This document shows, piece by piece, positions 33,601-43,273 of a DNA stretch of 64,000 bases (position 1 is its first letter; the number at the start of each line of letters is the position of its first letter). The notes below the pieces were generated by a model. It was given only the letters and a program-made list of their open reading frames with translations, did not search any database and was not told the origin of the DNA. Origin of the DNA: Candidatus Latescibacterota bacterium (GTDB taxonomy: Bacteria > Latescibacterota > UBA2968 > GCA-2709665); contig OZ244744.1 in NCBI GenBank assembly GCA_965219455.1, forward strand, positions 5,664,001 to 5,728,000. Reading direction: 5' to 3'. The translations under genes were made by a program, and so were the position numbers.

Positions 33601-33920
33601 TGATTTCACTATCAACGCAAAATCCCGAATCCCCCGGTGAGCGTGCCGACGCGCCGGGCGCTTCAGCGCCGCCAGACCCCACCCCGAAAGCCAATCCGGC
33701 CTCCAATGGCGCGACGGGTGCCGGTTCACAGCACGAGGCTTCCAACGGGTCGTCGTCCCACACGGAAGCGCATATACATACTCAATCGATGGTCCTCGAC
33801 GATCAGCTCTCGCAGATGATGGGGGATGCCCCCTTTTGCGACACCTGCGGTCACATTACGGTTCGAAACGGTTCGTGCTATCGCTGCCTGAATTGTGGAA
33901 ATTCAGTCGGCTGTTCATAG
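30654..33920 (+). CDS. nrdJ: Vitamin B12-dependent class II ribonucleotide reductase
   Basis: AFNSPVWFN, QCSACYI, GGTTRRAAKM, SNPCSE, TACNLAS, APTGTI, YRDGSK, C-terminal CxxC..CxxC; GGAGG RBS. Confidence 0.95.
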   Translation: MKLERRQTTPGENPLDQVEYVKKSSVITNPDGSEVFRMDHAEVPAEWSQLATDIVVSKYFRKRGVPETGHETSVRQVMHRVARTIRKAGEDQGGYFDSTEDADTFEAELAYHLVHQMGAFNSPVWFNCGLYHEYGIQGSGGNWHWDWDRNRVSETEDSYSHPQCSACYIQSVQDDTMDIFELLKSEVRLFKYGSGTGTNFSKIRGKMEKLSGGGVSSGLMSFLEVLDKGAGAIKSGGTTRRAAKMVCLDMDHPEILDFINWKVREEKKVAALMAAGYSSDFNGEAYQTVSGQNSNNSVRVTDAFMQACEDDGDWHTRLRTTGEVYETHKARDLMRQIGAAAWACADPGMQYDTTINHWHTCPNTDRIYGSNPCSEFMFLDDTACNLASINLMKFLNNDGTFDIDGFRYACQIFFIAQEILVDFASYPTRMIARNSHDYRPLGLGYANLGTLLMVQGLPYDSAGARANCAAITAIMCGQAYATSARMAADKSTFSGFEKNRGPMLNVMNMHRGAAYNIDAHACPRDLHRAAREDWDLAVELGEKYGYRNAQATVIAPTGTIGLLMDCDTTGIEPDFALVKFKKLAGGGYFKIVNHAVPKALERLGYTPEEIADILTYLCGRLTLKDTPHINAESLKAKGFGPGDLNKVEGALPGVFELEFAFTPWILGEGLMDRLGFSPEQYSAPGFHLLGELGFTAGQISDANEVICGRMTVEGSPHLKDEHLPIFDCANKCGRHGKRFIAPMAHLGMMSAAQKFVCGAISKTVNVPSETTAGEIEDLYIKGWNLGLKAVAIYRDGSKLSQPLSTATKTDAEAEAAESEESLTDSAGRATGKNTPAPVPLVSQPTRRRLPQRRSGFTQEARVANQKVFLRTGEYEDGSLGEIFIDMSKEGAPFRSMLNCFAIAVSKGLQYGVPLEEYVDGFTFTRFEPWGTVDHPNIKFATSVIDYIFRVLGYEYLGRTDFLQVKPEDIASDINDHHDLETEVISLSTQNPESPGERADAPGASAPPDPTPKANPASNGATGAGSQHEASNGSSSHTEAHIHTQSMVLDDQLSQMMGDAPFCDTCGHITVRNGSCYRCLNCGNSVGCS

Positions 33921-33934
33921 CATTTGGTGTAAAT

Positions 33935-33976
33935 AAGAAGAAGGGCCGGACGGCTTGCCGTCCGGCCCTTCTTCTT
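33935..33976. terminator. Bidirectional intrinsic terminator
   Basis: AAGAAGAAGGGCCGGACGGC-TT-GCCGTCCGGCCCTTCTTCTT perfect palindrome between convergent genes. Confidence 0.85.
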
Positions 33977-33994
33977 TCAATCAACCCGAAGCAT

Positions 33995-34594
33995 TCATTC
34001 ACCGGTCGAACGGGGCAAAAACTCCGCCTCACCGATGTGGCAGGTTGCGCAGGTGGCCGGTACTCCGTCTGACGTGATCAACGATCCCTCGTAGTGGTCC
34101 ATCATATATTTGGCCATCAGCTTGTGTTTGGTCGGCTGCTCGGGCGCGAGCCGTCCGTCTTCGCGCCTGACGTGGCAGAAGTCGCAGTTTACCCCCAGCG
34201 CTTTCTCGATGGCTTTCATCTTCCGAAATATCTCCCGCCGGGGCAGCCGCCCAGAAAGGTTGGACGGCCTGGCGTCCTCGAGGTCCCGAGGAATGAACCG
34301 GGCTCTGCCCTGGTGGCAGAACATGCAGTCCAGCGTCTTCCCTTCTGCTGTATTCAGCCCACCCACAAAGTGAACTTTCATATGGATGGCTGTTTGCTTG
34401 AACAATGAAGGCGCTTCGAAATCGGGTTTTCCATCTGGTCTCCTTGCAGTATGACAATGAGTACACCGTACCCCGAGAGACCTGGCAATTCGCTTCATGT
34501 TCTCTTCGCTTGTGTCCAGCACGTGGCCCCGATCGGCATGGGCGGCAACTGCCGAAACACCCATTCCAATCGCAATCAGCAGCAATTTCGTCAA
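33995..34594 (-). CDS. Periplasmic tetraheme cytochrome c (PufC/CytoC_RC-like repeats)
   Basis: Signal peptide AAHA-D; four CxxCH motifs (LGVRCTHCH, CMFCHQG, LGVNCDFCH, CATCHIG); GGAGG before TTG 34594. Confidence 0.85.
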   Translation of the reverse strand: MTKLLLIAIGMGVSAVAAHADRGHVLDTSEENMKRIARSLGVRCTHCHTARRPDGKPDFEAPSLFKQTAIHMKVHFVGGLNTAEGKTLDCMFCHQGRARFIPRDLEDARPSNLSGRLPRREIFRKMKAIEKALGVNCDFCHVRREDGRLAPEQPTKHKLMAKYMMDHYEGSLITSDGVPATCATCHIGEAEFLPRSTGE

Positions 34595-34725
34595 AACACC
34601 TCCACAAAGAAATCCCCGGCTATCGCCAGAGCAACCGCACCACATCGCTCACCTTCATCCACTTGAATAACCGCTTTCGCGATCGCTGTATTTTCACGCG
34701 CGGCGCTGGTGTGTGTCATTGTGCC

Positions 34726-36090
34726 TCAGTTCACTTTTCCGGCAACGATAGAGCGCCCGTCGACACCACCGGGAACATCCAGACCGACGGCGTCGAAGAG
34801 CGTTGGAAACACGTCGATCAGTCGAACCTTTTGTTGTGATAGATCCGCCTTGCGATTGATGAAAAACATCGCGTCCGAGAATGTATGGGTGCCATTTACA
34901 GGACCGCGCTCCATCAATTCCCCGCTCTCAAACCCGCCCTTCAAATCGTAGCCTTCCGCCGGCATGGCCACCAGATCCGGCGCCTGTTCAAAGGCATCGC
35001 CTGCATAGAGTTCCTCGCGCTTGAAAATCCTATGGATCACCGGTTCACCCGTTACAGGATTTCGGATTTCCATCAGACCGCTGGCGATGTCCTGTCTCAG
35101 CGCCTCGTATTCCGCTCCCGGTTCCACGCATCCACCACGCTCCCGCCCACGTAAACAAAGGTAAAAACGCCCAGGCAGGAGCGAATAACATCTCGTGCCG
35201 GGCGCCAGGTCGCGAAGCCCCCTGGCCGTTCTACCCAGGAAGCGCAAATAACCAGCCTGGCGCAGCCAGTAATTCAATTGTACTTCATACTTCAGCTTGC
35301 AGAATCCATGATCGGATATTATCATCAGCAGGACATCATCGTTAAGCCGGTCCGCCACGTCACCGATTGCACGGTCCACCCGAGCATAAAACCGGTGGAA
35401 CCACGGCAGATACGCCTCGCTGCCGTCTTCAACCAGTCCCCACAAAAAATGGTGTAACCTGTCCGTTTCTATAACGTGGGCGACAAACAGGTCCCATGGC
35501 TCCTGGTCCAGGTAGTGGAACATCGCGTCGAACCGCCGTTCCATGGCCTGGAAGACGTCGTCCAGGAATCGCTCCCTATCCTTGCGGGCCAGCCACGCGT
35601 CGATGTCAATCCGATATCCCATTGAAGACAGTTGACGTGCAACCGCGGCGGGATAGGTTCCCCTGTTCAGATCCGGCGCCAGAAATCCGGAAATCAGAAT
35701 GCCGTTCACCGCCCTGGGTGGATAGGTGGTCGGCACGCCCATGGAAAAGACACGCCTGCCCATCCCGCTGAAAATCTCCGTCCAGGTTCTGACACGCATC
35801 GTTCTGGACGAGGGGATGTACATTTCATGAGTCTTCGGCACACGATCGATGAAGCCATAGATATTGTGCCTGCCGGGATTGCAGCCGGTTACCAGCGACG
35901 CCCAGGCCACCGACGATACGGTAGGCAAGACCGACTCCATGCGCGCCAGGCTTCCGCTACGCATCAAGGCGGCGAGATTCGGCATGCTGCCGTCGGAAAC
36001 TAGGCGTTTTATCAAACTGCAGGGGGTTCCATCCAGGCCAATAATCATGGCCCGTGAAGGCCCATCTCGAGGGAGGTTAACCGAAATCAT
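34726..36090 (-). CDS. Alkaline phosphatase superfamily / type I phosphodiesterase-nucleotide pyrophosphatase
   Basis: IIGLDG, PTVSSVAW, TGCNPGRHNIYGF, ETDRLHH, SDHGF, GTH. Confidence 0.88.
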   Translation of the reverse strand: MISVNLPRDGPSRAMIIGLDGTPCSLIKRLVSDGSMPNLAALMRSGSLARMESVLPTVSSVAWASLVTGCNPGRHNIYGFIDRVPKTHEMYIPSSRTMRVRTWTEIFSGMGRRVFSMGVPTTYPPRAVNGILISGFLAPDLNRGTYPAAVARQLSSMGYRIDIDAWLARKDRERFLDDVFQAMERRFDAMFHYLDQEPWDLFVAHVIETDRLHHFLWGLVEDGSEAYLPWFHRFYARVDRAIGDVADRLNDDVLLMIISDHGFCKLKYEVQLNYWLRQAGYLRFLGRTARGLRDLAPGTRCYSLLPGRFYLCLRGRERGGCVEPGAEYEALRQDIASGLMEIRNPVTGEPVIHRIFKREELYAGDAFEQAPDLVAMPAEGYDLKGGFESGELMERGPVNGTHTFSDAMFFINRKADLSQQKVRLIDVFPTLFDAVGLDVPGGVDGRSIVAGKVN

Positions 36091-36107
36091 GGAAAATTAC
36101 GGACGTT

Positions 36108-36147
36108 AAAAAAACCTTTGGCTCCATATTCCACCGGGAGCCAAAGG
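36108..36147 (-). terminator. Intrinsic terminator of the tRNA pair
   Basis: Minus strand: CCTTTGGCTCC..GGAGCCAAAGG followed by T7. Confidence 0.8.
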
Positions 36148-36167
36148 CGGGGTTAGCGAAAGAATAA

Positions 36168-36245
36168 TGGGGTGAGTGAGGGGACTTGAACCCCCGACCT
36201 CCTGGGCCACAACCAGGCGCTCTAACCATCTGAGCTACACCCACC
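36168..36245 (-). tRNA. tRNA-His (GUG)
   Basis: Cloverleaf, anticodon GTG, G-1, GGTTCAAGT T-loop, encoded CCA. Confidence 0.95.
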
Positions 36246-36261
36246 ACAAGTTGTCACAAAA

Positions 36262-36335
<74 letters not shown>

Positions 36336-36577
36336 CTCAAGTCCGGCGCACGAAGCTTTCTACTAGAAATCGAACATTAAAGATAGCCCAATCTCCCTGT
36401 GGTGTCAAGCGAAAACAGTGCGGCGCCGGGTTATGTAAAGATCTGTAAATTTGGGCTCTATGTAGTCTCGAGAAACAAAATCCGCCTTGCTATCCGGACG
36501 CATGTGAGGTATATTTCAGCGCGAGAAACCCAGGCTCTCGCCTCACGTCCACATCTTACGGATCGGGGAAATCCCGC

Positions 36578-37549
36578 ATGCGACCCTTCTCAGCCCTCTA
36601 TCTGTTCCTGTTCCTTGTAGCGCTAATTTTCGCGGCGCCCGCCGCCCATGCTCAAGGTGGCGTCAGCTGACGGCGCCCCGTGCTCCCGGGCGGGAGCTTG
36701 ATGAAGAATAGTTCGTCAGTAAAGGATCAGCTGAAGCTCAGCGTTCATTACGATTACGAATTCTTATCAGACCCACACTACGGTTCCCGCGCCATACCGA
36801 ACGTTAATCGCGAGCGAACGGATAATGCCACGACCACCGTTTTTGCCTCGCACGGCGTTACCGAACGCATCGGCCTGACGCTCGCCCTGCCTTTCCGTTC
36901 AGTAACCAACGAAAAGGTGCTGTTGCGCGGACAGAATCACAACCAGTACGAGGGTGGGAAGTATGTTCGGCATGCTTCCGGACTGGGCGATATTGTGGTT
37001 ATGTTGAATTACGCGGCACCCATTGCAGTGGGCTTTCCCGGTTTGAATTTCGGCATCGGATTGAAGCTGGCAAACGGATCCACCAATGACAAAGACCAAT
37101 ACGGCGAACGTTTCTCTGACAATCTGCAGATCGGGTCGGGAAGCGTGGACCCGATTCTCGCGTTGAATGCATTCCATCGTCTAAAAAACCTGACGGTCTC
37201 GGGCGGTGTCTTCACGCGCATAACGACGAGGCAAAACATCTACGGCTACAAATATGGAAACGAACTGCACGCCACCTTCTCCGTTGAGTACGCTAACGAA
37301 GGCTTGTTCTACGGCGGGCTGAGTCTGAAAAACCTGATCACCTCACGGGACCGTTACCAGTTCGGTCAGATAACAAGAGAACGGGGAGGGAGGTGGTTGT
37401 ATCTTTCGCCTGAATTGGGGGTCAACATCCTGGACGATCTAAGCGTTGAATTCCGTCTGCCCATTGTCGTATTTCAAAATGTGAATGAGAGCCAGCTGAC
37501 GTCGGGCTATCTGATTGAGCTGAGCACGTCATACGTCTTCTCGCTTTAG
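36578..37549 (+). CDS. Probable selenocysteine-containing outer-membrane beta-barrel (MetA-pathway/transporter-like)
   Basis: ATG 36578 gives signal peptide ..APAAHA-QGGVS, TGA 36668-36670, then in-frame ORF with GLGDI, GIGLKLANG, LQIGSGSVD and C-terminal YVF. Confidence 0.75.
36682..36697 (+). promoter_or_regulatory. Candidate bacterial SECIS hairpin
   Basis: GCTCCC-GGGC-GGGAGC, 11 nt after the TGA, G-rich apical loop. Confidence 0.65.
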
Positions 37550-37559
37550 GCGATCCGGC

Positions 37560-38636
37560 ATGCACCATACAGGAAAAACACACGGCCGGTTCGTTTTTTT
37601 TACTCTGTGCATGTTCCTTTGTGTGTTGGGCTGTTCGCTTTATCTGGACGACGAAGAGCCGGATCATTTCTACGAATTCAAAGATTTCGAAATCCTGAAA
37701 CTCGGCGTGAATATCTCGGATATGGTCATGGATCCGAACCAGCCATTTCTCTATCTCGCAGACTATGGAAACAACCGGATTCTCCGCATCCACATTGGCA
37801 AGCAGATGGTCGTTGAAGGGAACCTCCAGGTGGGTTCCCACCCCATCGACCTCGACATTACACCGGACCAACGCCATCTGGTGGTGGGTTTAAACGGTGA
37901 ATCGAACCTGAAAATAATCGACCTGAGTACATTCGCCATTGTGAAGACCGTTCCCTTCTCACTGAACGATATCTCCCACATCGTCTGCGGAACCGACTCA
38001 ATTGTCTATGTATCTTCGCTGGACGAACCGCTGCTGATTGCCGTATCCATTGTGGACGACCTCGAGACCAGCGGGAATGTGCGTTCCGGCACCCTTCTCA
38101 TGAATCACCGCGACCGTAAGCTCTTCGTTGCTGCCAGGAACAACGTCCTGAAATACGACGCTTCAGGTCATTTTCCAACAACCGCGACCACTTCGACCCG
38201 TTTCAGTTTTTCAGCCAGGATAAACGATTTCGTGATGGGCCCTCTTAACGACCATCTCTACCTGGGTCTGGCGGATCCGCTGGACCGTGACCACGTAAAA
38301 GATCTTTGGTCATTCAGCACCGACAATCTGACGCTGACGGGCAAATACGAAATCAAGTCTCCTGCTCTGGGGCTTGCGCTGAGCCGCGACGGCCGGCGTT
38401 TGTTCGTTGCACCTACAGACGCGGATGAAGCGGGTGTTTTCATCGTTGAATTCGATACTCAAACCAAGCTGGAGAAAAACTATTTCCTTGCGGCGGGAAA
38501 CCTCAAGGAACGGGGCATTGCCATAGACAACAACGATCAATACCTTTATGTGGCGGTGTTTACGCCCGGCGACGACGATACCTTCGAACCCTACAATGTC
38601 AATTCGTACGATCTTCAGCGAATCAGAGTCGACTGA
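37560..38636 (+). CDS. YncE-like beta-propeller lipoprotein
   Basis: Lipobox VLGC; repeats LYLADYGNNRI, VGSHPIDLDITPD, GLALSRDGRRLFVA, GIAIDNNDQYLYVA. Confidence 0.78.
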   Translation: MHHTGKTHGRFVFFTLCMFLCVLGCSLYLDDEEPDHFYEFKDFEILKLGVNISDMVMDPNQPFLYLADYGNNRILRIHIGKQMVVEGNLQVGSHPIDLDITPDQRHLVVGLNGESNLKIIDLSTFAIVKTVPFSLNDISHIVCGTDSIVYVSSLDEPLLIAVSIVDDLETSGNVRSGTLLMNHRDRKLFVAARNNVLKYDASGHFPTTATTSTRFSFSARINDFVMGPLNDHLYLGLADPLDRDHVKDLWSFSTDNLTLTGKYEIKSPALGLALSRDGRRLFVAPTDADEAGVFIVEFDTQTKLEKNYFLAAGNLKERGIAIDNNDQYLYVAVFTPGDDDTFEPYNVNSYDLQRIRVD

Positions 38637-38705
38637 CCCGTACCTGACTGCTCCTCCGGAGGAACCCGCTGGCGCTCGCAATATTGGGGCGGTTCCCATT
38701 TGGGC

Positions 38706-39428
38706 TCACCCGCCTTGTGTTTCGTGATCGTATCTGCACAGATGGGAAATCGGACAGACACTGCAGGACGGATTCCTCGCCGTGCATACTGTCTTGCCTA
38801 AATCAACCACGTTCATGTGGAAAGATATAGCCTGACCGCCCGGAATCAGTGGCGCGAGTTCCAGGTGTGCTTTCTCTCGGCCACATCGCGCTGAAATAAT
38901 CCCCACCCGGCGCAGGATGCGATACACATGCGTATCCACTGCGCACAGATCCCGATCAAAAGCGAAGGCCAGCACAATATAAGCCGTTTTGATCCCAATG
39001 CCTCGATGTTGGGTCAACAGGTCCACTGCGGTCTGATTCGGAAGATCCCGCAGGAAATCCAAATTCAAGTTCCCCCGTTCGCGCTTCAACCAACGCAAAA
39101 ACGCATGCATATTCGGGGCTTTTGTATTCGCCAATCCTGCCACGCGGATGGCGTCCTTCAGGTGCGCCACGTCTGCGGCCATCACGTCGCTCCAATCAGG
39201 AAATCGCGAACGCATCCTGTTATAGGCCCTGTCTCTGTTTTCGTCGTTCGTATTTTGAGACAGGATGGTCCGCATCAGCGCATCGAGGCCATCCGGCCGG
39301 ACACGTTTAAGGTCCCAGGCTGCGCCCCCGAACGTTTCGTTGAGTACACTGGACATTTCAGCTATCACCGCAACACGCGTCTGACTTAACGGGCTGTTCC
39401 ACCACGCCATGAAAGTACACATTGGCAC
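38706..39428 (-). CDS. nth: Endonuclease III-like HhH-GPD DNA glycosylase
   Basis: TILSQNT, GIGIKTA, VDTHVYR, CTARNPSCSVCPISHLC; start uncertain. Confidence 0.85.
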   Translation of the reverse strand: MPMCTFMAWWNSPLSQTRVAVIAEMSSVLNETFGGAAWDLKRVRPDGLDALMRTILSQNTNDENRDRAYNRMRSRFPDWSDVMAADVAHLKDAIRVAGLANTKAPNMHAFLRWLKRERGNLNLDFLRDLPNQTAVDLLTQHRGIGIKTAYIVLAFAFDRDLCAVDTHVYRILRRVGIISARCGREKAHLELAPLIPGGQAISFHMNVVDLGKTVCTARNPSCSVCPISHLCRYDHETQGG

Positions 39429-39748
39429 CCTCTCCGAAACACGGTCGGCCTCAGGAAAGTTCGGGGCTGGTGTTGCCGGGGGCTTGCGACAACGTCAGTA
39501 CCGGCTCACACCTTCCCCCTGTCCCGCGGCTCGTACCGTTTTGCGAAATTCGGAGTTCGACTGACCATGCCCCGCGCCGAATCGTTCCGGGCATGAGACT
39601 TGACATCCGAATCTCCGATACCGATATTTCAAAAAATCCGAACAAGCAAAAACGCGTCCCCTGCCGACGTCATGCCGGTGGTTTTCGGTAGATTTCAACA
39701 CCACCGGGTTTCTTTTCAATTTCAGATCCCAGAACTCGTCATTTATCC

Positions 39749-40384
39749 ATGCCCAAAAAACGACTTTCTCAATATGAAAGACGCCACCAGATTATCGATG
39801 TCGCAATTTCCCATTTTGCCTCCAAAGGTTTTAAGGGCGCCACAACACGAGCCATTGCCCGGGCCGCGGACGTCTCGGAAGCAATTATCTTCCGGCATTT
39901 CGCCACCAAAGAAGACCTATATGACGCCATAATCAACGACACGGTCGCCAGGTGGCTGCACTTCTGGGAGCAGGAAGGCAGTCCCGGCGATTCAGACGAC
40001 CTGGAATCCATGTTGCGCCACTTCGCCTGTTTCTACATCCAGCGAAATCGTCGGGATCCCACGTTTATCCGCCTGATGATGTACAGTGCGCTGGAAGACC
40101 ACAAATTCCGGGAGAAATTCTTCACCATTTACTCGTCTCCAAGTATGAGAGCCATTCGGCAGGCCATCGAAGAGGGTATCTCACAAGGACGTTTCAGAGA
40201 CGTGGACGTGCAACTGACCTTGAGATCTTTTTTCTGGGCTCTCCTTCACTATTGTATTAGCAGGTTCATTGCCAGCCACGAAAACGTCGACAGGGCCGAA
40301 GATCGCAAAATGATCGACAATCTGGTGCAGATCTTTATGGATGCATTGACCATGCGGCCATCTGCAGTAACTCCGCAACGATAG
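39749..40384 (+). CDS. TetR/AcrR family regulator
   Basis: FASKGFKGATTRAIARAADVSEAIIFRHFATKEDLY. Confidence 0.93.
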   Translation: MPKKRLSQYERRHQIIDVAISHFASKGFKGATTRAIARAADVSEAIIFRHFATKEDLYDAIINDTVARWLHFWEQEGSPGDSDDLESMLRHFACFYIQRNRRDPTFIRLMMYSALEDHKFREKFFTIYSSPSMRAIRQAIEEGISQGRFRDVDVQLTLRSFFWALLHYCISRFIASHENVDRAEDRKMIDNLVQIFMDALTMRPSAVTPQR

Positions 40385-40525
40385 AGGATCCGTTCGCCGT
40401 TCTGCGGGCCTTCACAAACTTACGCGCCGCCGGAACAGTCGCGTTACGGGGAGCGGAAATGTTTTCGCCGACATCAAAAAAACAGACCTCCTTCCACTGA
40501 ACGGCCTCCCACCGAGCTTTTTTCT

Positions 40526-41875
40526 ATGCATATCGACCTCCGGTTTCTGGATACAGGCAAGGCCATCCGGGATCCCATCTGGGGGCATATCCACATTCCC
40601 CAATATCTGGTGCCGCTCGTTGACGCCGAGGAATTCCAGCGCCTGCGAGACATCTCCCAGCTTGGCCACGTGCTTCTTGTGTATCCTGGCGCACGCCACT
40701 CCCGATTTGAACACTCTCTGGGAGTCTTTCATATTGCCGGACAGTTTCTTCGCCAGCTTCTCCAGGCTGATCCACCGCTGGACATCACGATTGAAGACGT
40801 ACGCGTACTACTGGCGGCCAGCCTGCTGCACGACATTGGTCACTACCCATTCTGCCATGTGCTCGAAGAAATGCAGATGTTTTTTACTGACCACGAGGAA
40901 CGGGGCCGGCAGATCATCCTGGACCCCTCCACCGAAGTCAACTGCGCCTTGTTACGGGCGGAGACCGACCCCCTTCGGGTGGCCAACGTAATCGACTATC
41001 GCAACGAAAACGTGGTCATTCCCGATGAAGACATGCAACTGGCGCACATTCTGAGTGGTACACTCGACCCGGATAAAATCGACTATCTCCTGAGAGATGC
41101 ACGCTATTGCGGGGTGCCTTTTGGCGAATCTGTCAACCGGGACCGCTTGTTGGGTTCGATCACGTGTGATCCGGAGGGACAGCGGCCCGCAATCACCTAC
41201 AAGGGTGTCTCGGCGGTGGAGGCCCTCATATTCACCAGTTATCTGATGTATCGCAACGTCTACTGGCACCACGCCGTGAGGTCGGCCAATGCGATGTTCA
41301 AACGGGGCGTTCAGGATCTGCTGCACCACCCCGCTTCCAGCCTCGGGGAAGGAGACTTCAACCGGGCGACGGAAGCCGACCTGATTCATCGCCTGGAACT
41401 GGAGATGGATCGGTTGGGTATCGATCGACGAAACAGCATGATAGGGCGCCTGAAACGCCGCAAACTCCACAAAGTTGCCCGAATCTTTTTCCCTCACGAG
41501 AGAGAAAAGGATCTTACCGCCAAACTTGAAAGGCTGTATTACCACCCGGCCGACCGTCGGAAACTCGAAATCGACTTATGCAAGACATTCGGCGTGAAGA
41601 CCGGGCTCAGACTTGAGGGCAACGAAATCCTGATCGATATTCCCCGCCTTGGAAAAAGCCCCGAAGTAGACCTGAATGTCTACTTCGGGTCCCACATCCC
41701 GGTCGACAAAGCCGACCCTCTCCGGTTCGATGACCCGGAAGTCTCCATGCTCAAGGAATATTTAATTGGCAATTTTGAAACGCAGGCCAAGGTCGTACGT
41801 GTCTTCTGCGTCGATCGCCCGACTCTCAAAGAAGCGCTTAGGACCGAGGTGATCGACCACATCAAGTCAGCTTAG
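40526..41875 (+). CDS. HD-domain phosphohydrolase (COG1078/SAMHD1-like)
   Basis: DPIWGHI, QRLRDISQLG..YPGARHSRFEHSLG, LLHDIGH, DKIDYLLRD, MYRNVYWH. Confidence 0.88.
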   Translation: MHIDLRFLDTGKAIRDPIWGHIHIPQYLVPLVDAEEFQRLRDISQLGHVLLVYPGARHSRFEHSLGVFHIAGQFLRQLLQADPPLDITIEDVRVLLAASLLHDIGHYPFCHVLEEMQMFFTDHEERGRQIILDPSTEVNCALLRAETDPLRVANVIDYRNENVVIPDEDMQLAHILSGTLDPDKIDYLLRDARYCGVPFGESVNRDRLLGSITCDPEGQRPAITYKGVSAVEALIFTSYLMYRNVYWHHAVRSANAMFKRGVQDLLHHPASSLGEGDFNRATEADLIHRLELEMDRLGIDRRNSMIGRLKRRKLHKVARIFFPHEREKDLTAKLERLYYHPADRRKLEIDLCKTFGVKTGLRLEGNEILIDIPRLGKSPEVDLNVYFGSHIPVDKADPLRFDDPEVSMLKEYLIGNFETQAKVVRVFCVDRPTLKEALRTEVIDHIKSA

Positions 41876-42216
41876 CGAACAACACGGCGCCAGCGGCAAT
41901 CCGCCCCGCCCGCCGGTCGGTATGTCGCGTTGCGGGTCGAACTCTGCGCTTGACGTCGCCGACATGCGTCTCCCTTCCAGGGGTAGAGAAAACACAAGAT
42001 CCGTATGACGTTACTTGAGTTCGACCGCTCCAAAGCTCCCAATGGCATCCTCGATTCGTACATGCAATCACGGGTGCTGGTGTTGCGTCTGATTCAAATC
42101 AGTCGAGTTTTGCCTTGACATAAACACGAAAAAGTCCTTTATTTTCGGACTGGTCGGCTAGGTGTCAGACGCAATGTACCTTTAACAGTAAAAACCACTG
42201 ACGAAAGGCGCTGTCT

Positions 42217-43191
42217 ATGTGGAAGAGAAACCTGACGCTAATGGTCATACCCCACAATAGAGACCGGATGCGTCAAGTCAGGGCCTCTCGTCCCACCGTT
42301 TGGGGGCTTGGGGCCGCATTGCTGTTTGGATGTCTTACCCTCGCTGTCGTCTTTTATGCATTGGGGTATTTTGTAAACCGCCATCAGGAGACAAAACTTC
42401 TGGCTTTGACGTCTGAAAACTCCGTACTCAAACACCAGGTCAACCGGTTGCAGCATAGAGTCGAAGGATTGCGGGAAAACGTAAACGACCTTACGGAAAT
42501 GGATCGCATGTTCCGAACCTGGGTCAACCTGGCCGAACCGGGAGACGAGGTGCGGAAAATGGGTGTGGGCGGATATTACACGGGTGAACCGGATTGGGAA
42601 GGCCGGGTGACTCAGGACATTGGCGAGCGGCTAACAAGAGCATATACGGATGTGGACCAACTCTTGCGAGAAGCCCGTTTTCTGGAAGCCAGTTACGAGC
42701 ATATTGCCTCCATCCTCAACCAGAACGAGATCGCCCGCCTGCATACCCCTGCCATACTCCCGGTACCGCCTCAGTCAGGTTGCTGGATTTCTTCAGGCTT
42801 CGGCTATCGAACCAATCCCTTTTCCGGCGACAGGCAGTTTCATAGAGGCATAGACATCGCGGGGCGGTCCGGTACAAAGATTCTCGCCACCGCCAACGGT
42901 CGGGTGGAATCTGTCGGCAGAGACAGGCAACTCGGATGGTTTATTTCCGTTGACCATCCCCCACACTATCGGACACTGTACGCCCATTTGTTGGAGAAAC
43001 CATCGCTCGGAGAGGGCCAGATCGTCAAACGCGGGCAGGTGATTGGCAGAATGGGCAGGTCAGGGCGTGCGACGGCGCCGCATCTGCATTATGCCGTGAA
43101 GAAGAAGAGTGGGGAGAAAGAACTTGCGGTAAATCCTCGCAAATTCATTCACAGTCGAAAGAGCCCGAGAAATCGGCTTTCGCGATACTAA
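42217..43191 (+). CDS. M23 family peptidase
   Basis: TM plus coiled coil; SSGFGYRTNPF, HRGIDIA, TLYAHL, TAPHLHY. Confidence 0.92.
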   Translation: MWKRNLTLMVIPHNRDRMRQVRASRPTVWGLGAALLFGCLTLAVVFYALGYFVNRHQETKLLALTSENSVLKHQVNRLQHRVEGLRENVNDLTEMDRMFRTWVNLAEPGDEVRKMGVGGYYTGEPDWEGRVTQDIGERLTRAYTDVDQLLREARFLEASYEHIASILNQNEIARLHTPAILPVPPQSGCWISSGFGYRTNPFSGDRQFHRGIDIAGRSGTKILATANGRVESVGRDRQLGWFISVDHPPHYRTLYAHLLEKPSLGEGQIVKRGQVIGRMGRSGRATAPHLHYAVKKKSGEKELAVNPRKFIHSRKSPRNRLSRY

Positions 43192-43273
43192 TTGGTCTTC
43201 CGAGTAGAAATCCCGTAGTGAGGCGCATCGACAATGCGTCTTTTGTTTTTGTGCGTCCAGTGGTATGAATCCT

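Noticed and set aside
30654-33920. Intein or intron in nrdJ
   Set aside because: Motifs are colinear and no splice-junction signature is visible
40526-41875. HD hydrolase as an antiviral dNTPase
   Set aside because: Housekeeping context and host-like composition; nothing supports a defence role
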